From the NCBI GenBank assembly GCA_000708835.1, contig DF237010.1:62001-126000 (forward strand): a DNA stretch of 64,000 nt, read 5' to 3'. Below the pieces are notes generated by a model that ran no database searches, had not been told where the DNA came from, and worked only from the letters and a program-made list of their open reading frames with translations. The position numbers were made by a program, and so were the translations under genes. Shown here piece by piece: positions 13,501 to 25,344 of the stretch (positions within the stretch are counted from its first letter, which is position 1; each line of letters opens with the position of its first letter). This DNA comes from Klebsormidium nitens. Taxonomy: Eukaryota; Plantae; Klebsormidiophyceae.

Positions 13501-14519
13501 GCCGGAGTGGGACTCCCTCCCGGCCACGGAGCAGGCGCGGCTCAAGTCGCGGCAGGGCGTGCCTTACCCCGCGCTCGAAGGCCTCGACGTCCTCGACCCC
13601 AAAACCCTAAACCCCGTGCGAGCGGACGGGGAGACGATCGGCGAAGTGATGCTAAGGGGAAACGTGGTCATGAAGGGGTATCTCAAAAACGAGGCGGCGA
13701 CAACGGAGGCGTTTGAGGGTGGGTGGTTTCACACGGGGGACCTGGGGGTGAAGCACGAGGACGGGTACGTGGAGCTGAAGGACCGGTCGAAGGACATCAT
13801 CATCTCGGGGGGGGAGAACATCTCGTCCATCCAGGTGAGGCGGTGGCCCCCGCAATTATAAGATGATGACACCTCGGGGAGGTGAGTAGGGATTTAAGCA
13901 GGGCTAGCTGCGGGACTGATCCCACGCGATCGAGCGTGCAAGGGCCAGAATCGAGACGTGTGCTGAACTGCGCGCGTGTGTCTGCTCTGTGTCAACTCTT
14001 GGTTTCCGTTCGAGCGGGTCAGAGACGAGCTTTGCCGGCTTTCTGTGCGCACAACGTATCCCGTAAGACGCACAAAAGTTGAGATGGGACCGAGAGGAAA
14101 AGGTGCTATTGAACCTCGAGAAGCGAGTAGTGGTCCCGTAGGCAGTCTCGACCAGAAGCGACGTTTTCCCAGATTGCAGACGCAAGAACGCGCGTCACAA
14201 ACTAGTTTTATCCCCTTGCCTTATGCAGGTCGAAGGCATCCTTTTTCAGCACCCTGCCATCCTAGAAGCCGCCGTAGTCGCGAAGCCGCATCCCAAGTGG
14301 CTCGAGACGCCGGTCGCTTTTGTGACGCTGCGGGAGGGCAGCGAACGGTGCAGCGAGGCCGAAATCTTGCAATGGTGCCGGGAGAATATGCCCAGATTCA
14401 TGTGCCCGTCAAGGGTAGTGTTTAAGCCGTTGCCAAAGACTGCGACCGGGAAAGTCCAAAAATACGTGCTGCGCGAAGAAGCTAAGCGGATGCCGGACGC
14501 AATAGAGTCTAAGTTGTGA
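10543..14519 (+). CDS. Peroxisomal acyl-activating enzyme (AAE clade, acetate/butyrate-CoA-ligase-like AMP-binding enzyme), 7 exons
   Basis: Exons 10543-10694, 11165-11404, 11688-12038, 12372-12456, 12928-13125, 13442-13834, 14229-14519. Contains [12 protein letters not shown], the AMP-binding motif [38 protein letters not shown], and C-terminal SKL (PTS1). Confidence 0.93.
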
Positions 14520-14879
14520 GATATCGGTGGTTCGACCTGATATCATCAGAGCTGCCGTAGTAAGTACGGTCGGATTGCTGTCTTCTGAATTGGCAAAACC
14601 CAAATCAAGTCGTCAACCGCTCAATCTCCTTCCATTAAGATGGACCCTTGCCCAGCTTTTGCTTTGCAAGTTTTTCGGAAGTCGTTTTGTAGCGCATAAG
14701 TGTATCAGTGAGACTCGAATAAAATCAAATATTTAGAGACCAGGAGAAACAAAACAAGCTCAAAGACGCATTTGCGCCAGATCTATCTAAGTTGGACGTT
14801 CAACAGGATGTGAACATATTGTGCGTGTAAGGCGCTGTTACGCAGCGTCACAGGACCACGATAGTCAACGTGTGAACTT

Positions 14880-15330
14880 GATATGCATGGATTCGACCTC
14901 ACTCTCCGACTGAGTCCGACCCGCCCCGGCTATGTAAGTTCCTAGTCGACCGTCGAGGCCGCCAGCGGCGGCCGCGGCGGCCCGGCCGCTCATGAACTAC
15001 GTCGAGAGGCTCATGGCTAGGCTGGCACATGTGCCAGCGCAACGAGTGCCAGTGCAATTCTTTCCGGCCATGTGCAATGATGATATAGTGCACATATGTG
15101 CGGCCGGGCGCGGGCCTTGAGCTCTAGGTACGTATACGGTGCCCTCGACAGGCCGCGGGCGCCATGCACGCGTATTCACTGATTACATCAGTGTGCATTA
15201 TGTGCGGCTCTACATGCGCCATGATGGGCCGGGCCGCTTAATTATGTGCGCCCACGGCGCGGCTATATGCAGTTGCTCCGGCCGTCCGACATGATGCCGG
15301 GATCGACCGTCCATTACACATATTGTGGGT
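14880..15330. other. Palindrome-dense intergenic island between convergent AAE and DPL1 genes
   Basis: 18-bp palindrome at 15021-15038, 12-bp palindrome at 15090-15101, and 7-bp stems at 14957-14973 and 15177-15193. Confidence 0.6.
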
Positions 15331-15911
15331 GACTCGATTCTTTGCGTTGGAGCATTTAAGGGCATCAGGACAACAAATCGAATTGCTCAGAATACATATG
15401 TGGCTAGAGCTAGATTCAGAAGACTTGCGGCCGCAGCTGACTGTAGATCCTATAAAGGCATGAATTATAGCCACATTCCGACTCCAAGCGAGTGGTTCGA
15501 TGCAGTTCTGAGAGAGTGATCGGACGGTTGGGGTAGGCGGACTGAGCTAGCACTTTGTTACCAATACTGACAGTTTATCTATGATCTACCATATCAATAC
15601 TTTACATGTTCGCTGAGACGGGTCGGGTCAAGAATCATCGCTGAAGCCAATTACTTCCAGAGGTAGTAGGCCCTATAGAACTTCTTTGTATGTGCGGAAT
15701 CTGATCAAGCGCTTACCAAGCTTCAAAAGCTCCCTGCTATTCATATGTGACGGACATTGTACCTCATAGCAAGATATCGTTTCTCATCTCTTGGAAGCGC
15801 ATACGGTCGTACACCAAAGATCGACAGGCACAAAATCAAAATCAATCTCACTATGGCTCTATCGCATACTCGGCTTTTGACGATAGTCTGCTAGCAGCTT
15901 TTTCCTGATCG

Positions 15912-18900
15912 TCAGCACGCCGCATCCATGTACGCAACCAGCAAATCCCCCACCGTTCCTCGATCCGGCATTTTTCCTGCCGCACCGTAGATGGGCGCCA
16001 TGCCCTGGTCCAACTTGTCGGGCGAGCTCCGCACCTGCAGGACAGCAAACGTGTTACCACAATCAGAAGCACACTCATGACGACCTAGCCGCCCCCTTTG
16101 GATTAACCAACTGCAAGCATCAGATGGCCCAGAGTCTGCGCGGGCGGCACAAGTCAAAGCTGGGTGAGGCCGCCACAACGCCGATGGTAAGCAGCGGGTT
16201 TCAGTCCAACGGACGGGGTGCCTCTTTCTTGGCAACACGTTCGCTTGGCATGTGTTTATCTGGATTCAAGTCCATAAATGGCTGGGTTTGCTGTGCGGGC
16301 TTACGGTTGAGACGTAAGTGAAGCGCGTGAATCGCTGGCATCACGCGATTCCAACCTTCCACGAGCAGATACTGGGGAAGAATCCGACTACATTGGACAC
16401 GGACATGAGCTGTACCCTCGCTCACCGTCTCGACGGCCTCTGCCAGATCCCGCAGGAACGCATCCACGACGTCCACGTGTTGCAGAGTGACGCAGATGTG
16501 CACACTGCACAAACGCAGGAGGTTCTCTTAAGCTGCGGCACAGCTTGTTAAAAATAGACAAAGTCACAGGCAAACCGGTGACGCAGAGCCTCTGTCAATG
16601 AAACCTTTTGTCGATAACTTCACTAACCAAGACAATGGAACGCACCAACGAAAAGCGTGGAGCGGGCGTTGCATACGGAGAGCGTCCAAGAGCCAAGTTT
16701 TCATGGTGAACTTCTGGGTCTCGTTCAGATCGCAATCCATACGGAGTGAAGGGCGATGCATGCGAGGATCAGAGGAGGTGTTGCGGGTTTGCTGTCGATA
16801 TCGCGGGTTCGAGTTGATTAGGAGAGGGTGGCTTGAAGACTGTGTGAATCAGAAGGAGCCCTAATTTCCGGCAACCCTGTATAGAGATATTTCTAGGCCT
16901 CACCTGGGCGGTCGTTGCAGCGCGTTCAGGCTCCAGCCCTTGGCGGACATGACGTCATTGACCTTGTACACGTCCAGCTCGCGAGAGCCAAAGGCGACGA
17001 CCGTGACCACAGGATCGCCAAGCACGAATAGGCCGTCGATCGCGTCAATGCTGCATGACAACAAAGAAACGGCATGCCGTCAGCACCAAAAGAGCAACCC
17101 GGCAGGCTTGATTGCAAAACGGTCTGATCGGGGGCAAAAGAAAGAAGCACGTTTGAAATCACACACAGGCATCTGCATCGAAATTAAAGTCGGTTGTCTG
17201 ACTGTCAACAAAGGAGTGTGATCAACGTCGAGCCGGCCTGCAATGGACAATTCAATGTCCTGCTTTGCTCCAGCACCGGGGAAAAGCTCCAATGGGACTC
17301 AGAGCACGATGCAACTTGAGGCCCCGCCCAGGGCATCAAGAGCGACGCTGCTTGGACCTTGCTCAAAGCAGAAGCAGCAGAGTCCTGCGATACAGCCCAC
17401 CCATCCTGGCTTGCTACAGAATCGAACAGGAAGTATTTACCACTTTGAAGTCTAGATTCGTGCATATACCTTGAACCTTCTCGAAAGATGTTTCCATATG
17501 CTTTTGGCACGGACTTGTCGCCAGCAATTTGCGCTCACCCTTTCCGGATGGCTTTAGCCGCCTCCATGATCCTCTTGGTCACTTGCAAGTACCCCTCCCG
17601 CCCGTTCAGCAACAGCGCCGCCCACGCGGCCGCCTGGAGCCCGCCTGCGCGGCTGCCCGTCGCGGTCGGGGACACGTACAGGCCGCCCGTCCACTCAGTC
17701 ACTGCAAACACGTCCCAGAGTTGGGGTTCGATTGGTTGCTTTTCGACCAGGATAATTTTAACAAGACTCCTTTGGCCAATTGTTAATCGCTTGACTAGAC
17801 CAAGGGGCGGCATCTACTCAGTCATGGGAGCAGGGCAGTAGTCACTAGATGCTCAAAACTCGCACTTTGTTTAAGGTCGTCCTGTAGGCGGGTCTCTCGT
17901 CAAAATTGGGACTCTTATACCAATCGTGTGGAAACTTTGATATCTCCCAGCCACTCGGAAGAAGAGTGCCTTTTGATTGCGTGAGTTCTTTCCATCTGTG
18001 AACCACTTCCGGAGAGTTTAAAAGGGACTCGCGAACGAAACATATCGCTCTTGAGCACGTACCTTCCGCGATTCATGCGAAGCGGTCAAGGGCGACAGTA
18101 ACTCCAAGAGCAAAACTTGTCCAAGTCCGCTGACTTGTTTGAGTTCTGATTCGACATTGAGCGTTTCCCTAACGATTCAGCTCACCCGCAAGGAACTGGT
18201 GGCGGCGCAGCTGTCTGTTTCTGTAGAGGATGAGGCTGTTGCCTTTGGGCGCCAGGCCGTACTTGTGCAGGTCCGCCGAAATGGACGTCACGCCGGGCAC
18301 GGAAAAGTCGAACGCCGGAATCGGGTACCTAACACAACAGAAATGTCATCAGTAAAAGACGCGGCTGAGGAGCAGACACTTCACAAAAGCACACGGACTG
18401 AACCGAACGGGAGAGTGGGCTACGTGGCACAACAACAAGCCTGGTTCTTCAGGGAGGGAGCAAAGGACGCTTCCTAAATGCGGGCCATGACAGTTTTTCG
18501 TCCTCGACCTTCTTTCGGTTTCAATCTCTGCTTTTCTGCCCCACACTGCTCACCCGAGCTCGCGCGCGAAGGGGAGCACGAAGCCGCCCAGGCAGCAGTC
18601 AACGTGCAGGCATATGCCCTTCTTGAGGGCCAGCCGGCCGAGCGCCTCCACGTCGTCGATCGTGCCGTGGGGGTAGCCCGGAGCAGACGCCACGATCTGG
18701 ATGAGACGACGCCACTGTCAATCAGCTTGCGACGTTTGCGTGTCCGTTCAGCCCGGGGAATCGAAGCTTGGAAACCCTTTTAATATGGTTTGCCAAGCAG
18801 TCGGGTGCGCAACGTACAAAACTCCGTCAATGTCTGACAAGAAGAAGGCCTCAAGGTGGTACCGTTAGCAACGCTTGACGGAAACATTGAACGTCTCTTG

Positions 18901-21543
18901 AGTTTTCAGTCACAGCGGCCCCAATATTTGACTGGGAGCACGGGCGATGTTGCGTGCTGAATTCCTAGAGTTCCGAGCTAGCCGGGGCGCGGGCGACTTG
19001 CCATGACTGTGTTGGCGTTGATGTGGCGCCGGATGGAGGCCACGTCCGCCCGGTAGTCCCGGCCCACTCGCGCTCTCCGCAGCTTGATGCCAAAGTAATG
19101 GCACCCCTTGTCGTACGCGGGGTGTGCCGACTCGGCCATCACCCTGAGAAGACGAGAAGAGACTGCTGAACGTATGTGGAAACGGAGTGCATGGCATACA
19201 CGGGGCGAGGGCGCGCTAATTCTGCCATCACCCTGGGCAGATGAGAAGCAGTCGCTCGAACGGGTGAAGAAACGGAATGCATGGCGAACGGGTCACACAC
19301 ATCTTCATTCGAGCCCCCAGTGGGAACTTGACCGAAAGATGCAACGCATGGGTCCTCAAAGCATCGCCGCGGCACATTGCGACGTTGCTCTCCCCGACCC
19401 GGCCTCTGTACAGAAAACTGCTTCACACAACCAGCAGTTTCGCAGAACACGACCGAAGCTGATTCAGCCGGACGGTCCCCGCGAGAGATTCATACGAGAG
19501 CCGAAACAAAGGGTTCAACGACGCCTCACAACTCGGGCTGCGTGATGCCCCTGACCGCACGCGCGTAGTCGCGCGCCGTCTTGATCGCCATCAGGATGCT
19601 CTCCGTCCCGCCCGTTGTCACGTTCCCGCACACCTGGTCGTCCCCCCCAAAAAGCGACGCGCCCATTGCGACGACCTCTTTCTCAAAGCGCTGCCCGCTG
19701 GGGAAGACGTCCGGGTGCAGCGGGTTGGTGTGAGCAAAGAGGCCGTACGCCGCGGTGAGCACGCGCGAGTATTCGTCATACTCGGGGCCGCCCATGTATC
19801 TGGAAAAGTAAAAATGAACAATTGTGTCAGACTATTTTTTACCCCTGAAAACAGAAACCAACGGCCTTTATCCTAGGAATGGACTCTCTGATACTGCATT
19901 GGGAACGTTGCATTTTGTTGGATTGAATACTAATTGGTCCTCGAAAAATAATGTATGTTCTCACAGCCCACGCAATAAAGAACGGATAAGAGGCAGCCTA
20001 GTCGTTTGGAGGCGGGGCGCCTCTGCAACGCCTGCCCCGTTCCCAATCAACGCACTGGTAGCCACAGTTATGCGCTCGCTTGGACCCGTCTGAAACACAA
20101 CATCAGATAAGTTCCCCACAGGCTGCTCCCGCACTCGAATAGTTGCAAGTTTGTGACGCTCACACTGTTCCGGAGCAGCGGCCCTGCCACTCCTTGTCCT
20201 TGCTCTTGATGTCCTGCAGCAACGTCAGCACCTCCTCCTGCGACTTGCCCGCCTTCGGAAGCTCGCGCAGACGGTCGATGCTGGAGTGCTGGAAGCCCTC
20301 TGTAATCTTGCTCACCACCTGCGGGTGGAACAGATCATTAGCGAGCCAGGCCAATCTATAGGTTTATTGAAGTGAAGTGCAATACGGCCCTTTGCAGATT
20401 GAGCGAGATGGTCAGCGTACTCGTTTGGAACAGCCATCGACCAACTGTATTTGTTCTTCGATGGCACATGGTGACAGGCCGACCATTCTGGCGACCGTCA
20501 CATTGTTCTGAAAGGATGACTCAGATACACATGAGATTGTCAGACACTGGGCAGTAATCGATGACGCGTGTACTGTACACCGAGTGTGGCTCAACTTTGA
20601 GAGCAGTGGTATGTACTGCTTCTAGTGTCCACTTCAGGAGAAAATATCTGTCCAGTTACTATCTCGTGCAAGGCTCTCAAAGACGTGGCAAGAACTTCGG
20701 TCAGGGGACTTGTGCAGGTGTCCTCACCTTGTCCTTCTCCTTCTGGATGAAGGCGCCAACGAAAGGGAGGCTCTTGAGCACCCGGAAGGCCACCTTCACA
20801 ACGGACCCAACAATGCCTGCACATAGTGTATTTCAACTTAGGCAACATCAGGTAGCTTTAGCAGAATACATAGCCTCTGGACCTAATGCTCGATTGCCAG
20901 TAAGAAGAAGCCTACATTGACAAGAAGGCTCAATGCTCTACTTTCCTCAGTCCTTGAAAAAGAAGCTGCCCTTACGGTTCCTACTAGATGCAATCACATG
21001 CATGGCAAACAGAGCTGAGACAGACACAAAATCCTCACCGTCATCTTGAATGGCAGTCACCACAGCCCTCAGCAGATGGAGCACCTGCTGCAACAGGAGC
21101 ACTGCGACCACCACGCCAATGACAACCTTGAGGGGCTCCTGAGCCGCCAGCTGTCCATTGAGCTGGTCACGGAGGGTGGACGTGGAGTTTCCCGCATGGT
21201 GCCAATGGGTGACCAGTGTGTCTTTCAACTCAGGGGGCAAGTGCTGGGAGAGCAGGGTCCAGGCACGGTGTAGCCCTGCAGGGGAAGGGGGAAAAGAGGG
21301 GCTGATTTTTTATCAAAGTAACCACATAAGTGAGATGATCCACAGTTGTATGGAAGGCCACTTTCATTGTTTGTTGGTCCTGCTGCATCAATTATGAAGA
21401 ACATGCGAGATGAATCTTGGAAGCAAACAATACCTGAGGAGTAAAGCAGGAGGTCCCGCCCAGCAGGATTGAAGCAATTGATGCTGGGGGTTTTAAGTTT
21501 GCCCCGACGCTTGGAGGGTCTGAATGCAAGGGCCACCATTCAT
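15912..21543 (-). CDS. DPL1: Sphingosine/long-chain-base-1-phosphate lyase (PLP-dependent)
   Basis: Exons 21039-21275, 20728-20816, 20164-20318, 19530-19799, 19001-19143, 18554-18686, 18186-18328, 17539-17701, 16904-17050, 16426-16504, 15912-16034. Motifs [28 protein letters not shown] and [13 protein letters not shown] (PLP lysine). The start is unresolved: a phase-1 upstream exon is needed, candidate ATG AAT G at 21537-21543. Confidence 0.92.
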
Positions 21544-22339
21544 GATTCCACCTTTCCTGTTACAGCTGCAGCACATTTGAAATCACCAACACTGCTATCC
21601 TACGCTAGTCATGAAAACATGCATCTTGCACCCTTTGATAAGGTCTAGTCATGTCCACAGTACCCCCCCTGGTTGGGCGAGGTCTTGATTTTCCACAGCT
21701 GCGCACTATCTTACATAAGATTTCGTTGAAAAGCAAAAAGTCAATTCATATAACACGAGAAGAACATTCCTGTTCAATCAGAAAGAGGCTCACCTTTTAC
21801 ACCACCCTCCATCAAGGACTCCTGGCAGCAGCTCTTCATCTCTCCAGTCTTGTTGTTCAGCTAAAAGAAGACCATAACGCCTAGTTTGAGATCTGGCTGG
21901 CTGGGCGCACAGCTTTAAGCTGTCAGCTTGAGCGGCTCAAGAATTTCTGCTGAGACACAGCCCTGTGGAAAGGAAAGGGAAAGGAAGATAAAAATGGGGC
22001 AGAAGCTCAACGAATCTTGGCACCTAGTGAGGAAGCACACGGAGGGCGTGTATTAACCGTGTCTGGATGCGCCACTTTCCATGGCACCTTCCCAGGCTCT
22101 TTCCTTTTGTGGACTTCAACTTCAACTTCAAGTTCAGGTTCAAGTTCAACGATGCCATGGCCCATGCATGACCTTGATGCTCAAATAAACGTTGTGCAGA
22201 CAGAACCTCCAAGAGCTTTCCGGGAGTAGCAGGAAGAAGGCCCAGGTCCGAAACTTTCTAAGAGTCCTGGTCGGATCGTGTCATCTTGCAAGCAATCCTC
22301 GGCGCACTTCAGCACTTCAGTTCCTGCTAGCAAGTCCCA

Positions 22340-22672
22340 GGAGGGCGGGTGTGGAGAATAGCGGACAAAATTCCTGATCTCAGGAACCTTTCCCGATCTC
22401 AGGACCGGCGACACTTGTAATACGTACCGTACGACTCCGCCGGTCGTGGACAAAGAATCTGGGCCCTTATCTTTGTATTGAATTTGCATCGAACGGCTTC
22501 GATCGTTTTCCGATGATCACCGGGCGGCCGCGTAAAATTCGGAGACAATGTAAGAGGGGTTCCTCTACAGGGGAGACCTGAACCCCCGGCGGTTGTGTCC
22601 TCAGATCCGGAATGTCCTGTTATCCGGAACCTGAGATCAACTTCTGTACGCTATTCTCCACACCCGCCCTCC
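22340..22672. mobile_element. 333-bp MITE-like element with 24-bp perfect TIRs and a 3-bp direct repeat (CCA)
   Basis: GGAGGGCGGGTGTGGAGAATAGCG (22340-22363) is the exact reverse complement of 22649-22672. CCA flanks both ends (22337-22339, 22673-22675). Subterminal GATCTCAGG-like motifs are also inverted. No coding capacity. Confidence 0.7.
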
Positions 22673-22802
22673 CCAGCTCTGGCAGTGGCGGTCGAGACGC
22701 CCTGGCATAGAGTAGGTAGTAGGGCGCCACGCCGCCAGTACGCCACAGTGAATTGCCCTCGTCTGCTGCGACCACCTCGAGGAGTCGGTGGCTTGAGAAG
22801 GC

Positions 22803-24338
22803 ATGGCCCGTGACCTGTCAGAAGAGGAAGAGGATGCGCAGCAATTGAAACTGGGGGGTGGTAAGTTCTGCGAGAGTGGGCGGTGCTCGCTGAAATTTCT
22901 CATTCAGGTTTTGCAGAAGGTGATGCATTCTTCTTTTCTTGATGTCTTATCCGTGATGACACACTTTTTCATCCGGTCCCCCACTCTTATCTGCAGGGTT
23001 TCAGCGCGCGCAATGCCTTTTAAATGCGGAAGTGATTGGCATTCTGGAGCAACGACAGCATCTAGAGGAGAATAACAACCAGGAGTTCACCCCCACCCCG
23101 TAAGTTGCCCAGATTTCCGTGATTGCGTTTGCGTGCTCTGCTTGTAACGTTCTAGAGGGTGCCCCTGATCCTTCTGTCTTTGTCTCAGTCTGCAGTTGCA
23201 ATGACTGGGCGGGTCCAGTTGCCCCCTTTGGTATTATAGACTCTGCATCAACCGCTCTCATTTGTTTTTCAGACAATTGTATCATGTGCAACACCTTCTG
23301 AGCCAATCGCTCTATATCTTGCGATGCTTCTGCCAACATCTGATCACATATCGTCCACGCTTGCAGTGTCTTTGACAAGTCACTGGAGTACGCAAAGCGC
23401 TTCCGGAAGTACAACAATCTGGCGGCAGCAACTGAGGCTAGGAAGTGAGCGACCCCATTCCCTTCAGCTTGCTTTTAACAAGTACTTGACATAGAAGGAC
23501 AGTATGCCATGGTTGGTGATCAAAGAAGTTTGCAGGACAGACCAGTGTTCTTCTCTTGGTGTGCCCCTGATGGGGTGTTCTGACCGAATTTACTGTGCGC
23601 TCCCATAGAGCCGATAGAGAGAATGGATCTTCAAATGGTTGGATTCATCTCATTGACACAGCCGCTATGAGTGCTCACCAAACATATTTCAGGAAGTCTC
23701 TGAAGACCGACTAGCTACCAGCCACATCGCTTGAGTATTGATGTTAAGAATGACTTGCAGGCTGATCTTTTGATTAATCTGGATATGGCTTTTTGTCTGC
23801 AGAGAGCTCATGAACAGGAACCTGGAGCAGTTCGAGATTTGTGTGATCGGCAACCTCTGCCCAGTCTCAGCTGCTGAGGCCAAAGCTATTCAAGCATCGC
23901 TGCCGGTGAGTCTCACAATGCAATCCAGAAGGCACGAATTTGCAAGGTGGTTCATTGTATCTAGCAGAATCGAACGAAAAGAACGAAAAGAATGCTTTCA
24001 ATGCAGCGGTTGTTGCCATCGTGTTGGCTTTAGGACGACCACTTCTGGCAACCTGTCAATGGTTCTATGAGAGGGATCGGGCTTGGAACGAGTTTGCTGG
24101 ATCTGGAGTTCTCTTGCTGTTGCTTCACGGAACCATCAGGCAGCTTCTTGGCCCGTGTCATCCTTGGTTCTTCAAAGCCTGGATTTCAGCAAATCTGAAT
24201 GGTGTTTAACATCTGAATATGCATTCTGAACAGGATCCCTATCGGAAGGACAAAGAGGGTCATCCGGACCCACTGAGCGAGGACGACATCGAAAAGTTGC
24301 TGACTGATATAGCGCACATCAGGCGCTTCAACAACTAG
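22803..24338 (+). CDS. NRPB4: RNA polymerase II subunit RPB4, 5 exons
   Basis: Exons 22803-22860, 22997-23099, 23367-23444, 23803-23905, 24234-24338. Contains EEEDAQQLKLG, CLLNAEV, VFDKSLEYAKRF, EICVIGNLCP and DIEKLLTDI, matching the recalled plant RPB4 sequence. Confidence 0.92.
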
Positions 24339-24699
24339 GTCGATGTCGGATACAATTTTCGATTTGGGCTTCGCACAAGGCCCTGCAGGTTGAGTGTCCC
24401 AAGCAGCGGCTTTGATGGACGCAAGAGCTAGATACCCAGGCTTCACTAAGCAATGACACGTAGATGTAGCGCACGCACATATGTCAAACTCACCTCTTGT
24501 GTGAGGATCGTTGGAATATTTGCATTCGAGCTTGAGGTGTTGTTACTGAGTCAGTGTCGGAAATGAACTGAACTTCGTCTTTCAAATCTACTGTAATGAT
24601 GAGCGCGTCCAGAGCTAGATATCGCCTGTAAGCTCCGCGTGTGCACATGCAACCAAAAAGTAGTCGAGTCAATCAAATCTGTATGTACGCATATTGCTG

Positions 24700-25110
24700 C
24701 ATATAAGTGAACCGTCCACCGAAAATATAAGTGACGGTTTCTGACTCACATGCATGCTTGAATTGCCGGCCCATGGCATATTGCAATGATCATGGGCGGC
24801 CGCCGATGCGTGACGCGGCACGCATGACCATATATCACTAGCTAGTCCGACATTTAAGTCAGCGGTCACTGACAAGCGTTTGTCAGTAATATGCACATGT
24901 GCCATGCCACCGATGTACTCGAATCATGCTGCATATGAAGACATGTGCAGGTGCCGCTTTCAATCTGCATGAACATATACAAAATAATAAACAACTATGC
25001 TAGCTTGATCCTCTAGTTGTCGGAGACTTACAGCACGTGCAGCTATAATTGCAAACAATCACAGTGCCCTAGCTATAGTGGCAGGCAGATGATGACGGCC
25101 GTTAGGCAGC
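24700..25110. other. Chain of consecutive stem-loops between convergent RPB4 and SEND1 genes
   Basis: Six stems of 6-9 bp plus three 10-bp palindromes in about 320 bp (coordinates in findings). Confidence 0.6.
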
Positions 25111-25344
25111 AACTAGGCTCCATGCCGCCACATTTGTTGGATGAGTGACTCAATCAGCAGTGATCATGCCGAGATCGCGCGCACATCCCTTTCTCCAAAC
25201 GGACAATACATCCGCCAAATAGACAATACCTGCAGAGCCGGCCCATGAACCAAAGATACAGGTAGACAGGAGCGCATGCTGTCCTGAGCACTTTCACGTG
25301 TCCAAACATGCCAGCGCAGCCAGGAACACTGCCGGGCCAAGCTT

